Shown: piece by piece, positions 41,528 through 51,095 of the stretch
Position numbering within the stretch: position 1 is the stretch's first letter
How the letters are laid out: each line of letters opens with the position of its first letter
NCBI GenBank assembly: GCA_018372555.1
Contig: JAHAIU010000002.1
Location: 3,308 to 67,307 of the forward strand
Direction of reading: 5' to 3'
DNA length: 64,000 nt
Source: Clostridium sp.
GTDB taxonomy: Bacteria; Bacillota; Clostridia; Clostridiales; Clostridiaceae
The notes under the pieces: generated by a model
Databases searched by the model: none
What the model saw: only the letters and a program-made list of their open reading frames with translations
What the model was told of the DNA's origin: nothing
Position numbers and translations under genes: made by a program

Positions 41528-43723
41528 TTAATCTCCATATTCCTCATGTAATACTAATTTTACATTTGTCCCCTTTGTTATGACTTCCCCTTTAGGTACA
41601 CTTTGCTTTACTACAGCACCTTCACCTTCATAAGTATAAGTTATTCCTAAACTATCTAAAAGCTTTAGAGCAGATTCTAAAGAATAACCTCTTAAATCAG
41701 GCATAACAACATTTTTATTATAAGACTCTAAGTCTCCAATGTCTATATTAATCTTAGAATTTTCTTTAACTGTATATCCTGGATATGGTTTTACATCTGT
41801 TATTATAGACCCATTTCCAGTAATATTATACTCTAAATTATATTCTTTTAATATTTTCTTACCTTCATTTACATCTAATCCTCTTATTTCAGGTATAACC
41901 ACTTCTTTTACTATACTATCTATATCATCCTTAGGCATATCTTCGCTCATATAGTTAAATATATCAGTAAATAATATATTTGCTAATGGCGCAACTATTT
42001 GTCCTGCATAGTATGTTCCTGTTCCTGGTTCATCAATTGATATAAAGACAGTAACTTGAGGATTATCTACTGGTGCAAATCCTGCTAATGATGAAATATA
42101 CTTACCAGACTCATAGCCTCCCCCTCTTGGATTAACCTTTTGAGCTGTACCAGTTTTTGCTCCAACATGATACCCTTCTATATATGCTTTACTTGATCCT
42201 CCATAAGAAACTGTTCTTTCTAAGTAATCTCTAAGGATTGCAGTTTTTTCTTCACTTAAGACATCTGTTACCTTTGGTTCAAAAGATTCTAGTGCTACTG
42301 AATTCCCTTCTGAATCTTTCGCTGTAATTTCTTTCATAATATGGGGCTGAATTAATTTTCCACCATTAATAATACTATTATAAGCTGTCATATATTGAAC
42401 AGCATTTACGGTATTAGTTTGACCAAAAGAAATTGTTGCAAGGTCAGCTTCATTTATATCTTCAGTTTTCTTTATTATTCCTTTTGCTTCACCAGGTAAA
42501 TCTACCCCACTTACTTGTCCAAATCCTAATTTTTTAATATATTCATTTAACTTTTCTTTTCCTATCTTCTTTCCTATTTCCATAAATCCAACGTTACATG
42601 AATTTTGAAGTATTTCAGGTAATGTTAAAGTTCCATGACCTGAAGTCTTCCAACACTTAATTGTATGTGGTCCTACCTTTAAGCTACCACCACAATTAAA
42701 AGTATCTGATTCATTAACCAAGTTTTCTTCTAAATTTCCAACCATAGTAACAACCTTAAATATTGACCCTGGCTCAAATGTATCATTAACTAAGTGATTT
42801 CTCCACATTTTTTGAACCTTTTCCGCTAAATTAGCGCCTTCATAATCTTCTGCTCCTTGATAAGGAAAGTTAGGATCAAAATCTGGTTTATTAACCATTG
42901 CTAATATTTCACCATTATTAGGATTCATAATAATTATAGAAACTTGTTTAGCTAAATTATCCCTATATCCTTGTTCAGCTACCTTTTCTGCAAAAGCTTG
43001 TAAATTTGCATCTATAGTTAATACTACATCATTACCATCAATAGGAGGCGTAAACTTAGAAATTGTATATGGAAGTTCGTCATTATACTTACTTAGTTCA
43101 GATATTCTAAGTCCTGGTGTTCCTGATAAAAATTTATTATATTCAAGTTCAACACCAGTTAGTCCTTGACCATCTATGTTTGTACTCCCCAATACATGAG
43201 CTAAAAAGTTCCCATTTGGATAATATCTTTTTGTATCTGGAGATACTATTACTCCAGGTATGTTTAAATTCTTAACCTTATCAGCAGGCTCCTTTTCTAT
43301 TCTTCGTACTAATGTAGCTGCACCAGCATCAGCTCCACTTGGAAGCTTAGTATTAAGTTTATCTAATACTTTCTTTTCATCCATTTCTAATGCTTCTGAT
43401 ACTAATTTGGCTATTTCTTCATTAGTAGTGTTTTCTTTTCTTAAGTGCCCCCTTATAGAATTTAAATCGAAATCTATTCTATAAACATTAGCAGAAACTG
43501 CAAGCTCTACACCATTTCTATCTAATATTCTTCCCCTTCTTGCGTCTATCTTAACTTCACTTGTCCATTGTTCTTCAGCCTTAGCTGAATACTCTTCCCT
43601 TTTAACTATCATTATGTAAGACAGCCTAAGCATTAAAAGAGCAAATATACATAATAATGCGGTAAGCGCTAATGACATTCTTTTTTTCATTAGCGCTTTA
43701 TCCCTATAACTTTTCTTATTCAC
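41528..43723 (-). CDS. spoVD: Class B PBP SpoVD with C-terminal PASTA domains
   Basis: RGRILDRNG, SIFK (SxxK), SCN (SxN) and KTGT motifs; two PASTA-like repeats. Confidence 0.9.
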   Translation of the reverse strand: MNKKSYRDKALMKKRMSLALTALLCIFALLMLRLSYIMIVKREEYSAKAEEQWTSEVKIDARRGRILDRNGVELAVSANVYRIDFDLNSIRGHLRKENTTNEEIAKLVSEALEMDEKKVLDKLNTKLPSGADAGAATLVRRIEKEPADKVKNLNIPGVIVSPDTKRYYPNGNFLAHVLGSTNIDGQGLTGVELEYNKFLSGTPGLRISELSKYNDELPYTISKFTPPIDGNDVVLTIDANLQAFAEKVAEQGYRDNLAKQVSIIIMNPNNGEILAMVNKPDFDPNFPYQGAEDYEGANLAEKVQKMWRNHLVNDTFEPGSIFKVVTMVGNLEENLVNESDTFNCGGSLKVGPHTIKCWKTSGHGTLTLPEILQNSCNVGFMEIGKKIGKEKLNEYIKKLGFGQVSGVDLPGEAKGIIKKTEDINEADLATISFGQTNTVNAVQYMTAYNSIINGGKLIQPHIMKEITAKDSEGNSVALESFEPKVTDVLSEEKTAILRDYLERTVSYGGSSKAYIEGYHVGAKTGTAQKVNPRGGGYESGKYISSLAGFAPVDNPQVTVFISIDEPGTGTYYAGQIVAPLANILFTDIFNYMSEDMPKDDIDSIVKEVVIPEIRGLDVNEGKKILKEYNLEYNITGNGSIITDVKPYPGYTVKENSKINIDIGDLESYNKNVVMPDLRGYSLESALKLLDSLGITYTYEGEGAVVKQSVPKGEVITKGTNVKLVLHEEYGD

Positions 43724-43808
43724 ATCAATGCCTCCATGTAATTAATTACTAACATGTAAAGTATAATTATACTTTTTATCCGGCAAGTGTATTATTTTTT
43801 TTAATATG

Positions 43809-44246
43809 TTATTTTCTTATATTGGCAAAATAGTCGGTTGTAATATCTACAGTAATAGTATCATTTTTGCCTGGTAATTTCATTCCAGATTCACTAGCTA
43901 CATTTCTTACTTCATCAATAGAAGCCTTCCCTAATATAGAAGCTTTTAAAGCATTTCCTTCTTCAGTTGCTACGCTTATTTCTTTTCTTACTTTAGATAA
44001 ATCATTTTGAAGACCATAAACCTTTCCATTTCTAGCAATGGTTAATACTCCTAATACTAGTGCAACTGAAGCTACATTTAAAATATTTTTGACTACTTGC
44101 TTTTTTTGAGCCTTTTCTCTTCTAAGTCTTTCTCTTCTTTCTCTTTCTTGATTTTCTTTTTGAATTTTTCTATCAATTTCGTCATATTTTCTTTTAGGAT
44201 TTAAAGCTGCATTTCCTCTAATATAATCATATTCCTTATTAACCAT
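43809..44246 (-). CDS. ftsL: FtsL-like protein
   Basis: Charged N-terminus, TM, coiled coil ending A...GM; lies between rsmH and the PBP. Confidence 0.75.
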   Translation of the reverse strand: MVNKEYDYIRGNAALNPKRKYDEIDRKIQKENQERERRERLRREKAQKKQVVKNILNVASVALVLGVLTIARNGKVYGLQNDLSKVRKEISVATEEGNALKASILGKASIDEVRNVASESGMKLPGKNDTITVDITTDYFANIRK

Positions 44247-44285
44247 TTTATTACTTCCCCCGTATTTATTTTCACATAATTTCTT

Positions 44286-45218
44286 CTAGAGCTTCTCAAT
44301 AACTCTTAATTTTGCACTTCTACTTCTTGGGTTTTCTAATATTTCTTTTTCTGAAGGTTCAATTGCCTTTCTAGAAATCACTTTTACCTTTGCTTCTCCC
44401 CCGCAAACGCAAATTGGAAATTCCTTTGGACATGTACAAGAAGTTGCTAACTCCTTAAACTTAAGTTTTACTATTCTATCTTCTAAAGAGTGGAAGGTAA
44501 TAATAGCCATCCTACCACCTTTATTTAATCTATTTACTCCATCTTCAATAGCCTTATTTAAAATAGATAATTCACTATTTACTTCTATTCTTATAGCTTG
44601 AAATGTTCTTTTAGCTGGATGAGGCCCTTCTCTTCTAGCCCTTGCTGGTATAGCAGCTTTTATAATTTCAACAAGTTCTAAGGTAGTTTTAATTGGCTCC
44701 TCTTCTCTTCTTTCAACGATAAATCTGGCTATTCTCTTTGCAAACTTCTCTTCACCATAATCTCTTATTATTCTATAAATCTCTTCTTCAGAGTAATCAT
44801 TTACTACTTCATAAGCAGATAAGTCATTTTCTCTGTTCATCCTCATATCTAGTTCTGCATCTTGCATATAGCTAAAGCCTCTATCACCAGTATCTAACTG
44901 ATAAGATGAAACTCCAAGATCCATTAGCATTCCATCTATCTTTTCTATTTCTAAATCTGATAAAACCTTATCTATATTATAAAAATTACTATGAACATAC
45001 TTTACATTACTAAAATCTTGTAACCTTATACCAGCTGCCTTTAAAGCATCTCTATCTTGGTCTATTCCAATCAATAATCCTTCACTAGATAAATTCTTTA
45101 GTATTTCTAGAGAGTGTCCTCCTCCACCTAAAGTGCCATCTACATATATACCATTTTCTTTTATATTTAATCCCTCTATACACTCATTTAATAAAACTGA
45201 CACATGTTTAAATTCCAT
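44286..45218 (-). CDS. rsmH: 16S rRNA m4C1402 methyltransferase
   Basis: [26 protein letters not shown] and [10 protein letters not shown] motifs. Confidence 0.97.
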   Translation of the reverse strand: MEFKHVSVLLNECIEGLNIKENGIYVDGTLGGGGHSLEILKNLSSEGLLIGIDQDRDALKAAGIRLQDFSNVKYVHSNFYNIDKVLSDLEIEKIDGMLMDLGVSSYQLDTGDRGFSYMQDAELDMRMNRENDLSAYEVVNDYSEEEIYRIIRDYGEEKFAKRIARFIVERREEEPIKTTLELVEIIKAAIPARARREGPHPAKRTFQAIRIEVNSELSILNKAIEDGVNRLNKGGRMAIITFHSLEDRIVKLKFKELATSCTCPKEFPICVCGGEAKVKVISRKAIEPSEKEILENPRSRSAKLRVIEKL

Positions 45219-45229
45219 AATAATTCTCC

Positions 45230-45658
45230 TTATATTCCTAAATCACTCATTTTTTCTGCTATAGAGTCAAAATCAATATCTGCTTCATTATATTCTTGCC
45301 ATTTTTCCTTACTCCAAATTTCAACCCTAGTGAGTACACCTATACTTACTATTTCCTTTTCTATACATGCATATTCCTTTAAGTTTTGAGGAATCAATCC
45401 TCTTCCTTGCTTGTCTACTTCAACTTCACAAGCACCAGAAAAAAAGAATCTTACAAATGCTCTGGCATCTTTATTAGTAAGTGGTAATGATTTTAACTTC
45501 ATTTCTAAAGCCTTCCATTCTTCCATAGGATAGGTATATAGACATCCATCTAAACCCTTAGTGATAACGAATTTACTTCCCAATCCCTCTCTAAGTTTAG
45601 CAGGTACTATCATTCTATTTTTAGCATCTAATGCATGTTGATACTCTCCAATAAACAT
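45230..45658 (-). CDS. mraZ: Transcriptional regulator MraZ
   Basis: MFIGEY, DAKNR and DKQGR motifs; start at ATG 45658. Confidence 0.96.
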   Translation of the reverse strand: MFIGEYQHALDAKNRMIVPAKLREGLGSKFVITKGLDGCLYTYPMEEWKALEMKLKSLPLTNKDARAFVRFFFSGACEVEVDKQGRGLIPQNLKEYACIEKEIVSIGVLTRVEIWSKEKWQEYNEADIDFDSIAEKMSDLGI

Positions 45659-45686
45659 CCTTATCCCTACCTTTAAGAATTTCCCT

Positions 45687-45710
45687 CCACTTTTAACCAC
45701 TTTCAACCAC
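45687..45710 (-). promoter_or_regulatory. MraZ-binding dcw boxes
   Basis: Three GTGG repeats at an exact 10-nt period (AAAGTGGTTG AAAGTGGTTA AAAGTGG). Confidence 0.85.
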
Positions 45711-45721
45711 TTTATAATACC

Positions 45722-45750
45722 ATTTTAGTATTTTTCTCATAATACTTCAA
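45722..45750 (-). promoter_or_regulatory. SigA promoter of mraZ/dcw
   Basis: TTGAAG-N17-TAAAAT just upstream of the GTGG boxes. Confidence 0.6.
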
Positions 45751-45835
45751 GGCTTATTTGTATTTAATTTGCCATTTTTTAAAAAAGTTGAATTATAGAA
45801 GCAATTTTTTAAATAATTCCTAAACTTTGGCAAAA

Positions 45836-45861
45836 TAAAAAAGCTGCCCTAAGGCAGCTTT
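45836..45861 (-). terminator. Terminator after ychF
   Basis: AAGCTGCC-CTAA-GGCAGCTT with a T-run on the minus strand. Confidence 0.85.
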
Positions 45862-45891
45862 AAATATTATAATTAAATCTAAAAGTTAATT

Positions 45892-46989
45892 TTAAACATT
45901 GAATCTAAAGTTAACTACATCTCCATCTTTCATTACATACTCTTTACCTTCTAATCTGTAAAGACCCTTTTCCTTAGCAGCAGCTTCAGAACCACATTGC
46001 ACTAAATCATCATAAGAAACTATTTCAGCTCTAATAAATCCTCTTTCAATATCTGAGTGAATTTTACCAGCAGCTTGTGGTGCTTTAGTTCCTTCTTTAA
46101 TTGTCCAAGCTCTTACTTCTTGAACTCCTGCAGTTAAATAACTTATTAAACCTAGTAATTTATAACTAGATCTTATTAACTTATCTAACCCAGATTCCTC
46201 TAATCCATATTCACTTAACATTTCTATTTTTTCTTCTTCATCTAAACCAGATAATTCCTCTTCAAGTTTAGCACAAACTACAACTACTTCAGAATTTTCA
46301 CTTTCAGCATGAGCTTTAACTTTTTGAACATATTGATTGTTAGTATTTCCTTCCATCATATCATCTTCTGATATATTACAAGCATAAAGTACTGGTTTTG
46401 AAGTTATTAAGAATAATCCATTAATTAATTCTGCCTCTTCTTCAGTTACTTCTAGAGTTCTTATTGGAAGATTTTGTTCTAAGTGAGCTTTAACTTTTTC
46501 CATTACAGCATATTCTTCTTTAGCTTTCTTATCTCCAGATCTAACTTGCTTAATTCCTCTTTCCATCCTTCTTTCAAGAACTTCTAAATCAGCAAAAATT
46601 AGTTCTAAATTTATAGTTTCTATATCTCTAATAGGATCTACAGAACCTTCTACGTGAACTACATTCCCATCATCAAAACATCTTACTACGTGAACTATAG
46701 CTGAAACTTCTCTTATATGTGATAAGAACTTATTACCAAGTCCTTCACCTTTTGAAGCTCCCTTTACAAGACCTGCTATATCATAAAATTCTACTGCAGT
46801 ATAAACTTTCTTTTTTGTATTATACATTTTTTCTAAAACATCTAATCTCTTATCTGGTACACTTACAACCCCAACATTTGGTTCAATTGTACAAAAAGGA
46901 TAGTTTGCTGATTCAGCTCCAGCCTTTGTAATTGCATTAAATAAAGTACTCTTACCTACATTAGGTAAACCAACTATTCCTAAATTCAT
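45892..46989 (-). CDS. ychF: Ribosome-binding ATPase YchF
   Basis: GLPNVGKSTLFN, ANYPFCTIEPN and DIAGLV motifs; TGS domain. Confidence 0.97.
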   Translation of the reverse strand: MNLGIVGLPNVGKSTLFNAITKAGAESANYPFCTIEPNVGVVSVPDKRLDVLEKMYNTKKKVYTAVEFYDIAGLVKGASKGEGLGNKFLSHIREVSAIVHVVRCFDDGNVVHVEGSVDPIRDIETINLELIFADLEVLERRMERGIKQVRSGDKKAKEEYAVMEKVKAHLEQNLPIRTLEVTEEEAELINGLFLITSKPVLYACNISEDDMMEGNTNNQYVQKVKAHAESENSEVVVVCAKLEEELSGLDEEEKIEMLSEYGLEESGLDKLIRSSYKLLGLISYLTAGVQEVRAWTIKEGTKAPQAAGKIHSDIERGFIRAEIVSYDDLVQCGSEAAAKEKGLYRLEGKEYVMKDGDVVNFRFNV

Positions 46990-47028
46990 CTATGTACATT
47001 CCTTTCTAATCTTAATCACATCTTTAAA

Positions 47029-47057
47029 ATTATACTCTACTTATTGAATTATTTCAA
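47029..47057 (-). promoter_or_regulatory. SigA promoter of ychF
   Basis: TTGAAA-N17-TATAAT. Confidence 0.75.
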
Positions 47058-47153
47058 CATTTTAAGACTTTCCGTGAATTTATAACTATTACACTTTTAA
47101 TTTCCAGTGTAAAAGAAATAAAATAGATAAAAATAACTTAAGGAGGTGGAATA

Positions 47154-47933
47154 ATGAAAAGTTTTAAAAAAATACTTTCTTTATCTTTAGTTATCTTAAA
47201 TATATTTATTTCTATTCCTTTTGCATTAACTAATGATAACTTAGAGTTAAATTGGTACTTTGTAAAAAGAGAACAAGGAAAAACGCCAGAAGCTCCTAAA
47301 GAATCTATTTCCTTTCTTAAGGATTGTGATGGATTTTATGTTGGAGATACAAGCTCAAAGGTAATATACTTAACCTTTGATCAAGGTTATGAAAATGGAA
47401 ATACTAATATTATATTAGATACTTTAAAAGAAGAAGATGTTAAGGCAGCATTTTTCGTTGTAAAACCCTATGTTAAGCAAGAAGGTGAAATTGTTAAAAG
47501 AATGGTTGATGAAGGACATCTAGTCTGTAACCATTCATCACATCATCCTTCTATGGCAAGTATTAGAGATAAGGACAAATTCAAATTAGAATTTACTGAA
47601 GTTGAAGAAGAATTTAAAAATTTAACTGGTAAAGATATGCCCAAATATTTTAGACCACCAATGGGTAAGTATTCTAAATTTTCTTTAAACGAAACCAAAA
47701 ACTTAGGTTATAAAACTATATTTTGGAGTTTTGCATATAAAGACTGGTTAAGAGATGATCAACCTTCTGAAAGTTATGCAACTGAAAAAATATTAAACGG
47801 AGTGCATCCTGGAGCAATTATCTTGCTACACTCAGTGTCCTCAACAAATACTAAGATTTTGAAAAATATAATTAAAGAATTAAAAAATCAAGGATATGAA
47901 TTTAAAACCTTAGATGAACTACCAACAGCTTAG
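47154..47933 (+). CDS. pdaA: Delta-lactam-biosynthetic MurNAc deacetylase (spore cortex)
   Basis: Signal peptide; YLTFDQGYENG, NHSSHHP, FRPPMG, FWSFAYKDW and LLHSVS motifs. Confidence 0.9.
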   Translation: MKSFKKILSLSLVILNIFISIPFALTNDNLELNWYFVKREQGKTPEAPKESISFLKDCDGFYVGDTSSKVIYLTFDQGYENGNTNIILDTLKEEDVKAAFFVVKPYVKQEGEIVKRMVDEGHLVCNHSSHHPSMASIRDKDKFKLEFTEVEEEFKNLTGKDMPKYFRPPMGKYSKFSLNETKNLGYKTIFWSFAYKDWLRDDQPSESYATEKILNGVHPGAIILLHSVSSTNTKILKNIIKELKNQGYEFKTLDELPTA

Positions 47934-47982
47934 GCAATTAACAATTAATAATTATGAAGAAAAACTCCTTTTAAAGTTTTCT
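47934..47982 (+). repeat. Degenerate type I arm directly after the pdaA stop codon
   Basis: GCAATTA ACAATTA ATAATTA TGAAGAAAAACTCC...AGTTTTCT. Confidence 0.7.
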
Positions 47983-47990
47983 AAAATAAA

Positions 47991-48021
47991 AATAGTAGCT
48001 GTCCTTATGATAGCTACTATT
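47991..48021. terminator. Hairpin terminator between convergent pdaA and the cyclohydrolase gene
   Basis: AATAGTAGCT/AGCTACTATT inverted repeat. Confidence 0.75.
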
Positions 48022-48661
48022 TGTATATAATATTGTTAACCTTATCTAATATTTCATTTTTTAAAGTATTAGACTTACTTAAAATATCTTCAAGAGTTTC
48101 TTCTACTTTTTTATAGTCATATTCATTTTTAACAAAATTCAAGTTAACTTTAACATTAATTGCAGCACTTTCTATAGCTGAATGCAATAGAGAAGCTGCT
48201 ACTCCTGCATCTGAAACTAAATTTCTATTTCCAAATTCAACTGCAAAGTCAATGTTACTATAAAAATCTATACATGCTTTTGCTAATTTTAATGGCGTTT
48301 CCATTGCTTTTATTGTGCAATTTTTTATATTCTCTTTTCTTAAAACTATTTCTTCTTCATTGTTCTTAGGGAGCTTGTAACAATCCATTAAAGCTAAAAA
48401 GTCTTTTCTGTCCTCTTCCATAAATTCTTGTGATATAACAATGAAATTTACTGTTTCTTCCTTTAATTTAAGCATCTTATCTTGGTTTTCTTTATTTAAA
48501 TTTTCAAAAACTTTCTTACCAACAGTTAAAGAATAAACCATAGAATTTAAAGCCCCTGATAAAGCCGCAACTAAAGCTGCAGTGCTTCCACCTCCAGGAG
48601 AAGGTGCGTCAGATGATAACTCCTTTAAAAAATATTCAATATTATAATCTTTAAATAGCAT
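48017..48661 (-). CDS. Cyclodeaminase/cyclohydrolase family protein (FchA-like)
   Basis: APSPGGGSTAA, GNRNLVSDAGVA and AAINVKVNL motifs. Confidence 0.9.
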   Translation of the reverse strand: MLFKDYNIEYFLKELSSDAPSPGGGSTAALVAALSGALNSMVYSLTVGKKVFENLNKENQDKMLKLKEETVNFIVISQEFMEEDRKDFLALMDCYKLPKNNEEEIVLRKENIKNCTIKAMETPLKLAKACIDFYSNIDFAVEFGNRNLVSDAGVAASLLHSAIESAAINVKVNLNFVKNEYDYKKVEETLEDILSKSNTLKNEILDKVNNIIYK

Positions 48662-48663
48662 AA

Positions 48664-49812
48664 TTATTCCCCCTTTCTTAATATAGTACTATATACATTT
48701 ATAACTTCATTTATTATTTTATCTTTAGAAAATCTATCTACACATTCTTTTCTTATTTTCTCTTTATCATAGGAACTAATATTATCTGATAAATAGACCA
48801 TAGCATCTCCTAAAGCCTTAATATCATTTTTATTAACTAATAAACCATTATTATCATTAATAATATCCTCTGCTCCACCATTATAAGTTCCTATTACAGG
48901 TTTTCCTGAAGCTAAAGCCTCTATATATACAACTCCAAAAGTTTCATGCAATGACGCAAGGACGAAAGCATTGCATATACTCATATACTTTGCCACTTCT
49001 TCTCTTGAAATTGCTCCTAAAAATTCAACTTGATTAGAAATACCAAGATTATTCGATAAATTTATAAGCCCTTCTTTTTGACTTCCTTCGCCCCCAATAA
49101 TAAGCTTATAATCCTTACCCTTAAACTTTTCACTAAAAGCTTTAATTAATATATCCATTCCTTTCTCTCCTTCTAAAAAAGCTAAAGAAAAGAAAGTAAA
49201 TTTTTCATTAGTATTTTCACTTATATAAAAATTATCAACAGGAATAAGATTATGTATTACTTCTATATCTTCTCTTTCTGAAAATCTTGTAATTTCTTCT
49301 TTTAATCCATTTCCAACTGCTATAAGTTTATCACATTCAAGGTAAGATTTTTTAACTAAAGGCTTATAACTTTCTTTAATGTAAACAGCTTTTTCTATGG
49401 AGGAATGTTCTGTAATAACTAGTGGAATATTATATTTTTTTGAAATATAATTAGCACTAATTCCTGCCCAAAAGGAAGAATGACAATGAATTATATCAAC
49501 CTTGCCTTCTTTTTTTACTATTTCTAAATAAAGTTTTTCTAACCTCTTATTAAAGCTATCAAACATTTTAGGATTCTTAGGCTTATAATTAAAATCCTTA
49601 TATCTATATGTCCTTAATCCATCTTCAATATCAAAAGATAAGCCTCTCTTTTCTTTAACCTTAAACATAAGGGTTAATGGCCATATTTCATTATAGGCCA
49701 CTGTCACTTTAATACCAGCATCTTGAAGAGCCATAGCTTGCTCTTTAAAAAAACTTCCATGAACTAAATTTCTTTTATTATGGTACCAGGAAGGTATAAA
49801 CATTACATGCAT
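48664..49812 (-). CDS. GT4 glycosyltransferase (TuaC-like)
   Basis: IPSWY, HCHS, TEHSS and ETFGVVYIEALASGKPV motifs. Confidence 0.88.
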   Translation of the reverse strand: MHVMFIPSWYHNKRNLVHGSFFKEQAMALQDAGIKVTVAYNEIWPLTLMFKVKEKRGLSFDIEDGLRTYRYKDFNYKPKNPKMFDSFNKRLEKLYLEIVKKEGKVDIIHCHSSFWAGISANYISKKYNIPLVITEHSSIEKAVYIKESYKPLVKKSYLECDKLIAVGNGLKEEITRFSEREDIEVIHNLIPVDNFYISENTNEKFTFFSLAFLEGEKGMDILIKAFSEKFKGKDYKLIIGGEGSQKEGLINLSNNLGISNQVEFLGAISREEVAKYMSICNAFVLASLHETFGVVYIEALASGKPVIGTYNGGAEDIINDNNGLLVNKNDIKALGDAMVYLSDNISSYDKEKIRKECVDRFSKDKIINEVINVYSTILRKGE

Positions 49813-49813
49813 A

Positions 49814-51094
49814 TTACTCCCCCCTTAATATAGAATCTAATTTCTTAGATATATTTTTCCATTCATATTCCTTAACTAAATAAGATTTTTGTCCCTTTTC
49901 AATTAACCTTGCTAAATCTTTTATAGAATTAGTAATATCAATCTCTCTATTTGAAGATATCTTACACTTATCAATATCCTTTATTACATCAATGATAGGG
50001 TCTTCTTTATCCCCTAAAACAACTAAAATATAACCATAACATCCAAAGTAATCATATATTTTAGCAGGTATTTGCTTAGAATTTTTATTACCAAAAAGTA
50101 ATAAAACATCTGCATTTACCATATATCCTAAAGCTTCCTTATAAGGTATTCTATTAGATACTTTAACGTTTTTTATGCTCATTAAGTCTTGCTTAATTTC
50201 ATCATTATCGATATTCCCAAAGAATAAAATATTTAATTTATTAAATAATTCCTCATTTTCTTCTTTTATTTTGTTTAATGATGAAATAAATGGTCTTATA
50301 TCTCTTAATTTAGAAAAAATTTCCCCTGCATAAACTAAATTTATTTTACTCTTATCAATTAATTTAGGCGTGTCTTCTTTTAATATTTCATCATAAACAT
50401 TACTATCGTAACCTCTAGTTATAATAAAAGTATCTTCTTCTTTTAAGTTATAAGTTTTAATATAATCATTTCGATTAGCTTTAGTTACAAATATATGTTT
50501 ATCAGCCATATCCACAATTTTATTTTCATATCTTCCTTCAAAAGCTCTTCTAATATAACTTGAACCCTCTCTAGTAGAGTCCTTAAGCCATGGATCACTC
50601 CAATAAGCTATCCATCTTAGATCTTTATAATCCTTTTTAATGTTATATGCACATATATGACTTGAAGGTGGCTCATGCATAGAGAACATTACATCAAAGT
50701 TTTCTTTATCCATAAGCTCCTTTCCATATTTACTTGCTTTATAAGACCAATATAAATACATATCTGGAATAGCAATTATTTTTTTAGCTTTCTTAAGTAA
50801 AGGCTTTATTTTGCTAGTTTTAGCATTATCAATCCCATTAACCGCTTCACTACTTTTCTTAGGCATTAATGCTTCAAAGAATCTTCCACCTGAAATAATA
50901 TGAAGCTTTATATTTTTATCTAACATACTAAATATATATTCATCATAATAAATTGAATTTGGAGGAAAATTAACTGTTAATAAATGAATTTCATTTCCAT
51001 CTATTTTTGCTAAATTATTTAAATATTGAAGGGTTTCAATAGATGCTGAATTATTAATAAGTGGCGAATAACAGGCTATAAATAGAATCTTCAT
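49814..51094 (-). CDS. Glycosyltransferase (GT4-like)
   Basis: IPD..LYW, PPSSH, SDPW and QIPAKIYDY motifs; start at ATG 51094. Confidence 0.8.
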   Translation of the reverse strand: MKILFIACYSPLINNSASIETLQYLNNLAKIDGNEIHLLTVNFPPNSIYYDEYIFSMLDKNIKLHIISGGRFFEALMPKKSSEAVNGIDNAKTSKIKPLLKKAKKIIAIPDMYLYWSYKASKYGKELMDKENFDVMFSMHEPPSSHICAYNIKKDYKDLRWIAYWSDPWLKDSTREGSSYIRRAFEGRYENKIVDMADKHIFVTKANRNDYIKTYNLKEEDTFIITRGYDSNVYDEILKEDTPKLIDKSKINLVYAGEIFSKLRDIRPFISSLNKIKEENEELFNKLNILFFGNIDNDEIKQDLMSIKNVKVSNRIPYKEALGYMVNADVLLLFGNKNSKQIPAKIYDYFGCYGYILVVLGDKEDPIIDVIKDIDKCKISSNREIDITNSIKDLARLIEKGQKSYLVKEYEWKNISKKLDSILRGE

Positions 51095-51095
51095 T

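Noticed and set aside
47107..47135. SigG promoter for pdaA
   Set aside because: Expected biologically, but the best candidate (GTGTA-N14-GATAAAAATA) has off-consensus spacing and bases.
48017..48661. Cyclohydrolase supplying formyl groups for N-formylation of the adjacent glycan
   Set aside because: No formyltransferase or amino-sugar pathway is in the window; tight spacing alone is insufficient.
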